From the NCBI GenBank assembly GCA_964396145.1, contig CAYNEE010000003.1:1-58534 (forward strand): 58,534 nucleotides of DNA. The letters run 5' to 3'. Origin of the DNA: an uncultured Gammaproteobacteria bacterium. Its GTDB lineage: Bacteria > Patescibacteriota > Microgenomatia > UBA12405. The translations under genes were made by a program, and so were the position numbers. Shown in pieces: positions 9,739 through 18,678 of the stretch. The notes under the pieces are model-generated. The model made no database searches. It saw only the letters and a list, made by a program, of their open reading frames with translations, and was not told where the DNA came from. The first letter of the stretch is position 1. Each line of letters opens with the position of its first letter.

Positions 9739-11363
9739 AAAAATTAGCCGTAATTTTAATTATCCTTTTAGGCTTTTTTTTACGTTTATATAAACTGGGA
9801 GAATTACCTAATAGCTTTACCCCGGATGAAGTTGCCCAGGGCTACACCGCCTACTCGCTTTTAGAAACAGGTCGGGATGAATGGGGGAGCCGTAATCCTT
9901 TTATTCTGCGCTCTTTTGGTGACTTCAAGGCCCCCCTTCAAACCTGGCTGATAATGCCCTCAATTAAAGTTTTTGGTCTGACCCCCTTTGCCATCCGCCT
10001 CCCTAACGCCCTTCTGTCTTCATTTGCCCTGCTTACCACTTATTTACTCACTAATCTACTCTTCAACTCTTTTCCTATTTCCATTTTTACTCTCCTGCTT
10101 TTAGCTATCTCTCCATGGCATTTACCCATGTCTCGATTGGCTCTGGAGGCGAACCTCACAGTTTTCTTTTCCTCGTTTGCCACCTATATATATCTAAAAA
10201 ATCCCAAATCTCCTAAATTCCAACTATTGGCTTCTTTATTTTATTCTCTAAATTTATTTACCTATCATTCGGCCAAATTTTTTACACCATTTTTAATCCT
10301 TTTTACTTACTTATATGTTCATCAGCCCCAAAACCTTAAACCTTTTTTTGTTTCTCTTAAAAAAAATATTTATTTAATTCTGCCTTTCACTTTATTCTTT
10401 ATACTAAATGCTTTCTACTCCCTCTTCTCTTCCGCCCGGGTGGGCGATGTCTCTATTTTCAATCCCACCGATCGCTGGAGCGGTCTTTCCTTTGACCGCT
10501 ACCTTCTCGTTCAAAATTATCTTCCCGACCTTATTTCCCGAATTTTTAATAACAAGATATTTTATATAATTAAAAACTTTGGTAATTCTCTTCTTTCTTA
10601 TTTTTCTCCTCAGTTTTTGATATCTCAGGGCGCTGGAGAGACTACTTATGGTATGCTTCCGGGCTTTGGTGTCTTGGGCTTAATCCCAACCATCGGTTTA
10701 ATCTACGCCATTTACTTAATCTTCAAAAAAAATAACCCTCACCGTCAGACTTTGGTCTATATTTTGGCGCTAGTTTTAGTCGCTTCTATTCCCGCAGCTC
10801 TGGCCAAAGGCAGCTACCCTGGCAATCGCCTAGCCTCAATGCTTCCTTTTATCTTAATTCTTTCCGCCTACGGCCTGTATAAAATATTTAGCCATTCTCG
10901 TAGTTTGTTTCTAGTTTCTAGTATCTTATTTCTTACCTCTACCTCTTCCTTTTTAGCTGCCTATTTCTTCGGCGCCAACCACCGCCTTTCCGATGGCATG
11001 CTCTATGGCCGTCGTCAAGCGGTAGAATATATCCAGTCCCGCAATCCTTCAGCCAAAATTCTTTTTAGTCGCTCTCTTTCTCAACCCCAGGCCTACTATA
11101 CTTTTTTTGCTAAAACTGATCCCAAATTAGTCCAGGCCGCCTCTCCAGAGTGGTTAAACTATCAAAAAGAAAATAAAAACTTTTTAGACCAGTTAGGTGA
11201 ATATCATCTAGATAATATCACCTTTGGTAACATTTCCCGCGAATCTTTCAGAGATTTTGATTTTGTCGTCGGCAAGCCTGATGAATTTGTCGATATCAAG
11301 CCACAGAAAATTATTTACCATCCCAATTCTCAAAAAGCCTCTCTTTATATTTATGAAAAATAA
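9735..11363 (+). CDS. ArnT/PMT-type GT-C glycosyltransferase, array copy 3
   Basis: TPDEVAQGYTAYSLLETGRDEWG, FGDFKAPL, IRLPNALL. Polytopic, with a C-terminal soluble domain. ATGA overlap with copy 2. Confidence 0.75.
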   Translation: MKKLAVILIILLGFFLRLYKLGELPNSFTPDEVAQGYTAYSLLETGRDEWGSRNPFILRSFGDFKAPLQTWLIMPSIKVFGLTPFAIRLPNALLSSFALLTTYLLTNLLFNSFPISIFTLLLLAISPWHLPMSRLALEANLTVFFSSFATYIYLKNPKSPKFQLLASLFYSLNLFTYHSAKFFTPFLILFTYLYVHQPQNLKPFFVSLKKNIYLILPFTLFFILNAFYSLFSSARVGDVSIFNPTDRWSGLSFDRYLLVQNYLPDLISRIFNNKIFYIIKNFGNSLLSYFSPQFLISQGAGETTYGMLPGFGVLGLIPTIGLIYAIYLIFKKNNPHRQTLVYILALVLVASIPAALAKGSYPGNRLASMLPFILILSAYGLYKIFSHSRSLFLVSSILFLTSTSSFLAAYFFGANHRLSDGMLYGRRQAVEYIQSRNPSAKILFSRSLSQPQAYYTFFAKTDPKLVQAASPEWLNYQKENKNFLDQLGEYHLDNITFGNISRESFRDFDFVVGKPDEFVDIKPQKIIYHPNSQKASLYIYEK

Positions 11364-12903
11364 AATTATCTTACTTCTGATTATTCTCTCGGGTCTTTTT
11401 TTTAGACTTTGGCAGATAAATTCTCTACCGCCCTCTCCAAATTGGGACGAAGTTTCTCTTGGTTACAATGCCTATTCCATCCTCAAAACCGGCAAAGACG
11501 AGTGGGGGAACTATCTACCTTTAATTTTTCGAGCTTATGGCGACTATAAATTACCGGTCTATGTTTATGCCTTAGTTCCTTTTATTGCCATTTTTGGACT
11601 TCATTCCTGGTCGATTAAAATTATTTCTATCCTTGCTGGTACCGCCCTCATCTATATTGCCTATCTAACCACGAAAAAAATCACTAAATCTGAAAATATT
11701 GCCCTAATTTTCGCCGCTTTAATTGCTTTTAGCCCCTGGTCTATTTTTCTCTCCCGGATTGCGCTTGAGGCCAATCTTTTTTTGCTGCTTTTTGCTCTTT
11801 CTTTTTATTTTCTTGTCTCCAAAAAACTATTACCCTCCACCTTCTTTTTTGCGCTCTCGCTTTTTACCTACAATAGCTCCCGGGTATGGCTGCCCTTCTA
11901 TTTAATTGCTCTCGGCTGCACAATTTATGCTCAAAAAATAAAATTTAAAATTATTGATTTTCTCCCTCTAGTGCTTTCAGCAATTATTCTCATTTTCCAA
12001 TTCAGCAATCAGTCTGCCACTGCCCGCTATCAATGGGTGTCCATCCTCGACCAAGGAGCTGTTAACCGTATTAACGAACTGCGCAGTACTTATCCTCGCT
12101 ATCTAGTTAACAAGGTTACATATTTTATTTTCGAAGCTGGCAAAAATTACCTCAGTCACTTTAATCCTCTATATCTTTTTAAAACCGGTGGCTCCCATTA
12201 CCAATTCAACATCCCCAACTTTTATCTTCTCCTGCCAGTTCTTATCATTTTTTTTATTCTTGGCCTTTACTACTTATTTACTCATCTAAAACACTCTTCG
12301 TTTTTATTATTATTGTTTTTTCTTTTTGTCTCTCCTCTCCCCTCAGCTATTACCCGTGATGCGCCCCACATTCTCAGAGGTCTAACTTTTGTCTATTTTT
12401 CTACTTTAATTATCTCCCTGGGCTTTTCTTCTTTCAAAAAATACACTTCAATTGCCATAATTCTTCTTTTTTTGAGTGTTTTTCTTTCATTTTGGCCCAA
12501 ATACAGGGATTATTCCCGTCAATACTCCCAAAGCTGGCAGTATGGTTATCGGGAAGCAATTGACTATCTCAAAGACAATTATTCTCTCTACGATGAAATA
12601 ATTGTGACTAAAAAGTACGGTGAAGCTCATGAATTTGTTTTATTTTATTGGCCTTGGAATCCTAAAATCTATCAGGAGGACTCCAAAAAAAGCTGGAACT
12701 ATCACTCTGAGTGGTACTGGGTTGATTCTTTTGATAAATTCAAATTCCTAGATGACCGGGATATTAAAAATTTTAACCCTCATAGCACCCATACTCTGTT
12801 AATTACTACCCCCGGCAACTATAATTTAAACAAGTTTAAAAAAGTTAAAACTATTTACTTTTTGGACCAAACACCCGCCTTTGATATTGTCGTTCATGAA
12901 TAA
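11353..12903 (+). CDS. ArnT/PMT-type GT-C glycosyltransferase, array copy 4
   Basis: I chose the internal ATG at 11353 (MKNKIILLLIILSG), which matches the N-termini of the paralogues. The track's 11224 start would run 140 nt into copy 3. Motifs NWDEVSLGYNAYSILKTGKDEWG and YGDYKLPV. Confidence 0.75.
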   Translation: MKNKIILLLIILSGLFFRLWQINSLPPSPNWDEVSLGYNAYSILKTGKDEWGNYLPLIFRAYGDYKLPVYVYALVPFIAIFGLHSWSIKIISILAGTALIYIAYLTTKKITKSENIALIFAALIAFSPWSIFLSRIALEANLFLLLFALSFYFLVSKKLLPSTFFFALSLFTYNSSRVWLPFYLIALGCTIYAQKIKFKIIDFLPLVLSAIILIFQFSNQSATARYQWVSILDQGAVNRINELRSTYPRYLVNKVTYFIFEAGKNYLSHFNPLYLFKTGGSHYQFNIPNFYLLLPVLIIFFILGLYYLFTHLKHSSFLLLLFFLFVSPLPSAITRDAPHILRGLTFVYFSTLIISLGFSSFKKYTSIAIILLFLSVFLSFWPKYRDYSRQYSQSWQYGYREAIDYLKDNYSLYDEIIVTKKYGEAHEFVLFYWPWNPKIYQEDSKKSWNYHSEWYWVDSFDKFKFLDDRDIKNFNPHSTHTLLITTPGNYNLNKFKKVKTIYFLDQTPAFDIVVHE

Positions 12904-14521
12904 AAAACATTTTATACTTTTAATTTTTATAACTCTTTTAGCCTTTGCTTTTAGGATCTATCGGGTCAATTCTTATCCGCCGCTTTTGTGGGATGAAGCC
13001 GCCATTGGTTACAATGCTTATTCCATCCTTAAAACCGGCCGTGATGAACATGGGGCTTTTTTGCCACTCATTTTCAAATCTTTTGGCGACTACAAACCAG
13101 GAATATACATATACCTAACCGTACCCTTTGTTGCCCTCTTTAATCTCGATCCCTTAGCTGTCCGACTCCCCTCGGTTATCGCCGGTTCTCTCTTACCTCT
13201 GCTTTTATATTTTCTCATCAAAACTATCTCTCCCAAATCTGAAAAACAGGCCATTATTGCCGCTATTTTAATTGCCTTTAATCCCTGGAATATTCACTTT
13301 TCTCGTGGCGGCTGGGAAACCAATTTACTTACCTTTGAACTGCTTCTAGGTGCTCTTCTCTTTATCAAAAAACATTATTTGCCGTCTTCTCTCATTTTTG
13401 CTCTTAGTCTATACACCTATCAGGCAGGCAAAATGATTACCCCTTTAATTATTGGAAGTCTTTTTATCTACCAATTTACCATCCTTAAAATAAATTTTAA
13501 AAACATTTTTTTAAAATTTATCCTGCCTCTATTTCTGCTCTCATTGCCCATCGCTTATGGTCTGCTTTTCTCTTCCGACAGCAACCGACTCAAAGTTTTA
13601 TCTCTAAGTTCTTATCCTCGCTCACAAGAGGAAACTGATTTAATTATCAAAGAATCAAGTCTTCTTGATTATAAAATTTTTCACAGTCAACCAATATTTT
13701 TTGCCAGAAACTTTCTTTCCCGTTATTTCAACCATTTTTCCACCCGCTTTCTTCTCTTTGAAGGGGACTGGCAAAACCTGCGTCATTCTGCCCCATATAT
13801 CGGCGTTATTCTCTACCCATCTTTCATTTTTTTAATTATTGGACTACTTAACTACTCATCTAGTTCTCTGTTTTTTCTGCTCTGGCTTTTACTCGCTCCC
13901 ATCCCCGGCGCTTTGACCCGCGACACCGTCACTGCTGTCCGGACTATGTCTATGTCCATTCCTCTTATTTATTTTGCTGCGCTTGGCCTTAGCAAGACTT
14001 TGGCTTATCTTAAAACTCATAAATTCTTTTTTTACTTTCCCATTTATTTATTTATCCTTTTTACCTATCTCCTCTCTTTTTCCTATTATCAGGACCTTTA
14101 TTACCATCATATGATTCAAAAAGATCCTGATCAACTACTTTATGGCTATGAACAGGCAGTAAAATATGTTCTGGCCAACAAGGAAAAATATCAAAATAAA
14201 CAAATCTATTTTACCGATTTTTATGGACAACCTTATATTTATTACCTCTTTTTCTCAAAATACCCCCCCGAGCTTTATCAAAAACAATCCCATTTAGTTG
14301 AAAATTCTCAGGGTGACACTGGTACCGTCAAACAAATAGATAATCTCAACTTCCGAACTGCTCACTTTGATTTCATAAGAGAAAACCCTGGAGCTTTAGG
14401 TATTTTTGCTCAGGAAGAGGTTTATCGTCAAGGTTTGGAATCCCGTCCTGAGTTCAAAAAATTTATCCCTCTTAGTCCGATTAATACTATTTCCACTTTT
14501 TATGCTTACCACCAAGATTAA
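12896..14521 (+). CDS. ArnT/PMT-type GT-C glycosyltransferase, array copy 5
   Basis: ATG at 12896 (MNKKHFILL). Motifs LWDEAAIGYNAYSILKTGRDEHG, FGDYKPG, VRLPSVIAG and FEGDWQNLRHSAPY. Confidence 0.75.
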   Translation: MNKKHFILLIFITLLAFAFRIYRVNSYPPLLWDEAAIGYNAYSILKTGRDEHGAFLPLIFKSFGDYKPGIYIYLTVPFVALFNLDPLAVRLPSVIAGSLLPLLLYFLIKTISPKSEKQAIIAAILIAFNPWNIHFSRGGWETNLLTFELLLGALLFIKKHYLPSSLIFALSLYTYQAGKMITPLIIGSLFIYQFTILKINFKNIFLKFILPLFLLSLPIAYGLLFSSDSNRLKVLSLSSYPRSQEETDLIIKESSLLDYKIFHSQPIFFARNFLSRYFNHFSTRFLLFEGDWQNLRHSAPYIGVILYPSFIFLIIGLLNYSSSSLFFLLWLLLAPIPGALTRDTVTAVRTMSMSIPLIYFAALGLSKTLAYLKTHKFFFYFPIYLFILFTYLLSFSYYQDLYYHHMIQKDPDQLLYGYEQAVKYVLANKEKYQNKQIYFTDFYGQPYIYYLFFSKYPPELYQKQSHLVENSQGDTGTVKQIDNLNFRTAHFDFIRENPGALGIFAQEEVYRQGLESRPEFKKFIPLSPINTISTFYAYHQD

Positions 14522-16058
14522 ATTAACCATTATTTTGATCATCGCTGTTTTACTTCGTTTCTGGAATATTAATTTTCTGCCCTCTCTCAATCCTGATGAA
14601 GCCGCTCTCGGTTACAATGCCTATTCACTTCTAGAAACCGGCAAAGATGAGCATGGGATTGCCTGGCCCCTTCATTTCAAATCATTTAGTGACTATAAGC
14701 CCGGTGGCTACGTCTACCTCTCTCTCCCTTTTATAAAGCTTCTGGGCTTGACTCCTCTAGCGGTGCGTCTTCCCAACCTGATTCTTTCAGTTTTAACTAT
14801 TTATATTTTTTATAAATTAATTCTATTGCTATTTAAGTCTGAAGCTCTGTCACTCTATAGTTCTCTAGTTCTCACCCTATCTCCGTGGCACATTCACTTT
14901 TCCCGGGGAGCCTGGGAGAGCTCTGTCGCCGTTTTTTTTATAGTTCTGGGCATTTACTTTTTCTATAAATTTCTAGAAAAGCCAAAATCAAAATATATTT
15001 TTCTTTTTCCTCTTCCCTTTGTTGTCTCGCTATATGTCTATCATTCGGCTCGTATTATCGCTCCTCTTTTGGTTTTAACTTTATTTATCCTTAACTTCAA
15101 AAAACTACTTCACCATTTATCTCTTCATCTAATCATCTCCATAATCCTTGCCCTACTTCTCACTATTCCTGTACTCTCTTCTTTTCTTAAAAGTGGTGGT
15201 ACTACCCGCTTTAGTGGCGTCGGTCTTACTGCTGACACCGGACCTATTTCCCGTTCCAAAGAACTATTAAATCACCATTCCCAAATAAACTTTTTTCAAA
15301 AAATCGTCCACAATCAGCGAATTCAATATCTACTTTCATTTAACCAAAAATATTTTTCCCATTATGATTTTAATTTCCTTTTTATCGAGGGCGATGCCGT
15401 ACCGCGTTCGCGTTCTCCGGAAATAGGTCAGATGTATTTGCTGGAATTACCCTTCCTTCTCTACGGCCTCTACTTTTTTATTAAATCAAAAGAAATTAAC
15501 ATTAAATTAAAATACTTCTTCGTTCTCTATCTCCTTATCTCTCCTCTAGCCTCATCCCTAACCTTCCAGGCTCCTTCAGCCCTAAGGGCTCTTTCTCTGG
15601 TCATACCTCTCTCATTTTTCACCGCCTTTGGTCTCTACAAAACAATTAATTCATCCTCTATTTATATTGTCCTATTTCTGTATCTAGTTTCTTGTGTCTA
15701 TTTTCTTGACGCTTATTTTGTTCATTCTCCCCAGCGTTATTCTTTTGCCTGGAATAAGGGATTCAAAGACATTGTTCCCCTCATCGAAAAAGAAAAAAAT
15801 AACTACCAAAATATTTATTTGACTGATAAATACGACCAGCCATATATTCTTTACCTCTTCTATAGCATGTATCCGCCGTCAGAAATTCAAAGTAAAATCA
15901 ATCCTACTCCCCCCGATCATTTCGGTTTCTCTACTGTCCTTCAGATTGACAATATTCACTTTAAAATTCCAGAGACTATTCCTTCAAATTCTCTAGTCAT
16001 CGAAGCCGACGATTTTGAGAAAAGCGGCCAAAGCTTTAAAATACATTCAGTTCTATGA
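14502..16058 (+). CDS. ArnT/PMT-type GT-C glycosyltransferase, array copy 6
   Basis: Internal ATG at 14502 (MLTTKIKLTIILI) chosen by analogy with the paralogues. Motifs NPDEAALGYNAYSLLETGKDEHG, FSDYKPGG, VRLPNLIL and IEGDAVPRSRSPEIG. Confidence 0.75.
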   Translation: MLTTKIKLTIILIIAVLLRFWNINFLPSLNPDEAALGYNAYSLLETGKDEHGIAWPLHFKSFSDYKPGGYVYLSLPFIKLLGLTPLAVRLPNLILSVLTIYIFYKLILLLFKSEALSLYSSLVLTLSPWHIHFSRGAWESSVAVFFIVLGIYFFYKFLEKPKSKYIFLFPLPFVVSLYVYHSARIIAPLLVLTLFILNFKKLLHHLSLHLIISIILALLLTIPVLSSFLKSGGTTRFSGVGLTADTGPISRSKELLNHHSQINFFQKIVHNQRIQYLLSFNQKYFSHYDFNFLFIEGDAVPRSRSPEIGQMYLLELPFLLYGLYFFIKSKEINIKLKYFFVLYLLISPLASSLTFQAPSALRALSLVIPLSFFTAFGLYKTINSSSIYIVLFLYLVSCVYFLDAYFVHSPQRYSFAWNKGFKDIVPLIEKEKNNYQNIYLTDKYDQPYILYLFYSMYPPSEIQSKINPTPPDHFGFSTVLQIDNIHFKIPETIPSNSLVIEADDFEKSGQSFKIHSVL

Positions 16059-16831
16059 AAAAAACTACACTCTCGATAGCCATTGCCACCTATAATGAAG
16101 AAAAAAACATTGCCAAATGTTTAGACGCCGTCAAATCCTGGGTTGATGAAATTGTAATTGTCGACGGGGAGTCTTCTGATAATACCGTCAAAATAGCCCA
16201 AAAACACCCAAAAGTTAGACTAATTTCTACTACCAACAAACCCATGTTTCATCTCAATAAGCAGATGGCTATCGATGCCTGTAAAAGCGACTGGATTCTC
16301 CAGCTTGATGCCGATGAAATTGTTACTCCTGCTCTTAAAACTGAAATATTAAAAACTATTCCCGACACCAAATACAATGGCTTTTGGCTAAAACGGCAAA
16401 ACTATTTTTTGGGTCGTTTTCTCAAAAAAGGTGGTGTCTATCCTGACCCTACTCTCCGTCTTTACCGCCGTGGCCTGGGCAAACTTCCCTGTAGAGATGT
16501 TCATGAACAAGCAGTGGTTGAAGGCGCTGTGGCTACACTAAAAAATGACCTCCTGCATTACGCCGATCCCAATTTCTCTCGCTATCTTTTGAGAAACGAC
16601 CGTTACACTTCACTTTTAGCCTCAGATTTCAAAAAAGCCGGTCTCAAAACCGGCCCCCTAACTTTTATCCAATATTTTATCTTTAAGCCTCTATACTGGT
16701 TCTTTTTGGCTTATTTTCGTCACAAGGGCTTTGTCGACGGCTTTCCCGGTTTTGTTTTCGCTTGGTACTCATCCCTTCGTTTTCCCATTGCCTACATAAA
16801 AGTTTTTGAGATGGAACATGAAAAAATTTAA
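16055..16831 (+). CDS. GT2-family glycosyltransferase (WaaE/KdtX-like small soluble GT2)
   Basis: LSIAIATYNEEKNIAKCLDAV, IVIVDGESSDNT and LQLDADEIV. ATGA overlap with array copy 6. Confidence 0.75.
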   Translation: MKKTTLSIAIATYNEEKNIAKCLDAVKSWVDEIVIVDGESSDNTVKIAQKHPKVRLISTTNKPMFHLNKQMAIDACKSDWILQLDADEIVTPALKTEILKTIPDTKYNGFWLKRQNYFLGRFLKKGGVYPDPTLRLYRRGLGKLPCRDVHEQAVVEGAVATLKNDLLHYADPNFSRYLLRNDRYTSLLASDFKKAGLKTGPLTFIQYFIFKPLYWFFLAYFRHKGFVDGFPGFVFAWYSSLRFPIAYIKVFEMEHEKI

Positions 16832-17888
16832 GGTCGGCATCGACGTCAGCCCCCTTAGCGATGGCAATTCCAAAAGGGGAGTCGGCTACTATACCCGCCA
16901 CCTAGTTGAGGCTCTTCAAAAAGAAATTAAAAATAACCCTGATTATCAGCACTATCAAATTCATTTAATTGAAGATTCTAGACTTAAGACTGAAGATTTT
17001 GATCTTATCCACTATCCCTATTTTGACCCTTTCAAGCTGACCTTACCTCCTACCACTAAACCCTACGTTGTCACTTGTCACGACCTCATTCCTCGCGCTT
17101 TTAAAAAACATTTCCCTGTTGGTGTAAAAGGAGAAATAAAATGGCTCATTCAAAAATATCGTTTACAAAATTCCGACTATATAATTTGCCCATCGCATTC
17201 GGCTAAATATCAAATTCTTGACCAAATTAAATATCCCGCCGAAAAAATATATGTGACTTACGAGGCTGCCTCTTCTAATTTTAAGCCTCGCCCTCTCAGT
17301 TCTAAATTAAAAAATATTTTTAAAAAATATAAATTGCCTAAAAAATTTGTCCTATTTGTCGGTGATGTCAATTGGAATAAAAATGTCCCTGGGCTCGCTA
17401 AAGCCTGTATAGCTCTTAAATACCCTCTAATTATCGCTGGCGGTGCCGCCACCAAAGAGGTTCCCGACCACCCTTGGACTCAAGACATCCTTTGGCTTCA
17501 ACGTCAACGGTCTCCTTTTTTAAAACTGCTTGGTTTTGTACCAGATGAAGACTTAACCCTACTCTATAATTTAGCTACCATATATTGCCAACCTTCTTTT
17601 TCTGAGGGCTTTGGTCTGCCTCTGGTTGAAGCCATGCAGTCAGGTACACCCGTGGCTTACTCTCAGGAAAGTTGCCTACCTGAAATTATGGATTTTTCTG
17701 GAGAATTTTTTAATCCTTACTCTCAAATTTCCATAAAAAGGGCTCTAAAAAAGCTCTGGAATTCACCTCAGCTGCGACGTGAATGCTCCATTTTAGGCCA
17801 AAAAAGAGCTCAATTTTTCTCTTGGCAAAGCACAGCCTTGTCTACACTAGCTGTTTATAAACTAGTCGAATTTGATGAAAAAAAATAA
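16818..17888 (+). CDS. GT4-family glycosyltransferase
   Basis: I prefer the ATG at 16818 (MKKFKVGIDV) to the TTG at 16806. Motif EGFGLPLVEAMQSGTPVAYSQESCLPEI. Confidence 0.8.
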   Translation: MKKFKVGIDVSPLSDGNSKRGVGYYTRHLVEALQKEIKNNPDYQHYQIHLIEDSRLKTEDFDLIHYPYFDPFKLTLPPTTKPYVVTCHDLIPRAFKKHFPVGVKGEIKWLIQKYRLQNSDYIICPSHSAKYQILDQIKYPAEKIYVTYEAASSNFKPRPLSSKLKNIFKKYKLPKKFVLFVGDVNWNKNVPGLAKACIALKYPLIIAGGAATKEVPDHPWTQDILWLQRQRSPFLKLLGFVPDEDLTLLYNLATIYCQPSFSEGFGLPLVEAMQSGTPVAYSQESCLPEIMDFSGEFFNPYSQISIKRALKKLWNSPQLRRECSILGQKRAQFFSWQSTALSTLAVYKLVEFDEKK

Positions 17889-18678
17889 AAGTCATTTCCT
17901 TTCAGTTATTATTCCTGCCTACAAACAAGCTAAAACCATTAAAAAAGACCTCCGTCATATTCATAGCACACTGGAAAAAATCCGCTATCCCTACGAAATG
18001 CTGGTTGTGGTAGACGGTACCACTGTAGATACTACTTATAAACTGGCCAAACAATTAAATCTAAGTAACCTAAAAATTCTTGGTTACCCGAGTAATCATG
18101 GTAAGGGCTACGCTCTCCGCTATGGTATGGCTCGAGCCAAAGGTGACTATGTTGCCTTTATTGATGCCGGTATGGAGATTGACCCCAATGGTATTTCTAT
18201 GCTTTTGGAGCACATGGAATGGTATGACGCTGACATTATCATCGCCTCTAAGCGTCACCCCGCTTCTCAAGTGGCTTATCCGCTCCAGAGAAAAATTATC
18301 AGTAAACTTGCTCAAATTTATTCAAAAGTTTTTCTTGACTTAAATTTAACCGACACTCAGGCTGGTTTAAAAATTTTTAAAAGAGAAGTTTTGGAAAAAG
18401 TTTTACCTCGTCTTTTAGTCAAAAACTATGCCATTGATTTAGAGATGCTCTCAGTCGCAAAGCATCTTGGCTTTAAAAAAATTTATGAAGCCCCGATAAA
18501 ACTAAATTATGATTTTGATAGTCTGACCCACGCCACCGGTCTCAAAATAATTTTTAATAGTTTTAGGGATGCTATGGCTATTTTTTATCGTCTTCGGATG
18601 TTGCATTATTACGACGATAAAAACCATCGTCGTTGGCGCTTTGACAAAGAATTAAAAATGAAAGTCAACACCGGATGA
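17875..18678 (+). CDS. GT2 polyprenyl-phosphate sugar synthase-like protein (DPM1/GtrB/ArnC-like)
   Basis: LSVIIPAYKQAKTI, LVVVDGTTVDTT, GKGYALRYGMARAKGDYVAFIDAGMEIDP and TDTQAGLKIFKREVL. This is the D..G(F/L)K motif of DPM1-type enzymes. Confidence 0.6.
   Translation: MKKNKSHFLSVIIPAYKQAKTIKKDLRHIHSTLEKIRYPYEMLVVVDGTTVDTTYKLAKQLNLSNLKILGYPSNHGKGYALRYGMARAKGDYVAFIDAGMEIDPNGISMLLEHMEWYDADIIIASKRHPASQVAYPLQRKIISKLAQIYSKVFLDLNLTDTQAGLKIFKREVLEKVLPRLLVKNYAIDLEMLSVAKHLGFKKIYEAPIKLNYDFDSLTHATGLKIIFNSFRDAMAIFYRLRMLHYYDDKNHRRWRFDKELKMKVNTG

Larger units (their letters stand above)
5218..16058 (+). other. Tandem paralogous gene array: six ArnT/PMT-type GT-C genes, interrupted once by an HERY-type GT-C
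   Basis: Six same-strand genes of 516-544 codons share the same motif order and domain architecture. Junctions overlap by 4 to 41 nt. Confidence 0.75.

Noticed and set aside
11224-11352. Long N-terminal extensions in the ORF track (11224, 12881, 14406, 51161, 52128, 6855, 16806, 23516), which could suggest long overlapping genes or fusions.
   Set aside because: The extensions run through the C-terminal coding region of the upstream gene in another frame. Internal ATGs give N-termini that match the paralogues (for example MKNKIILLL and MLTTKIKL), so I used those starts.
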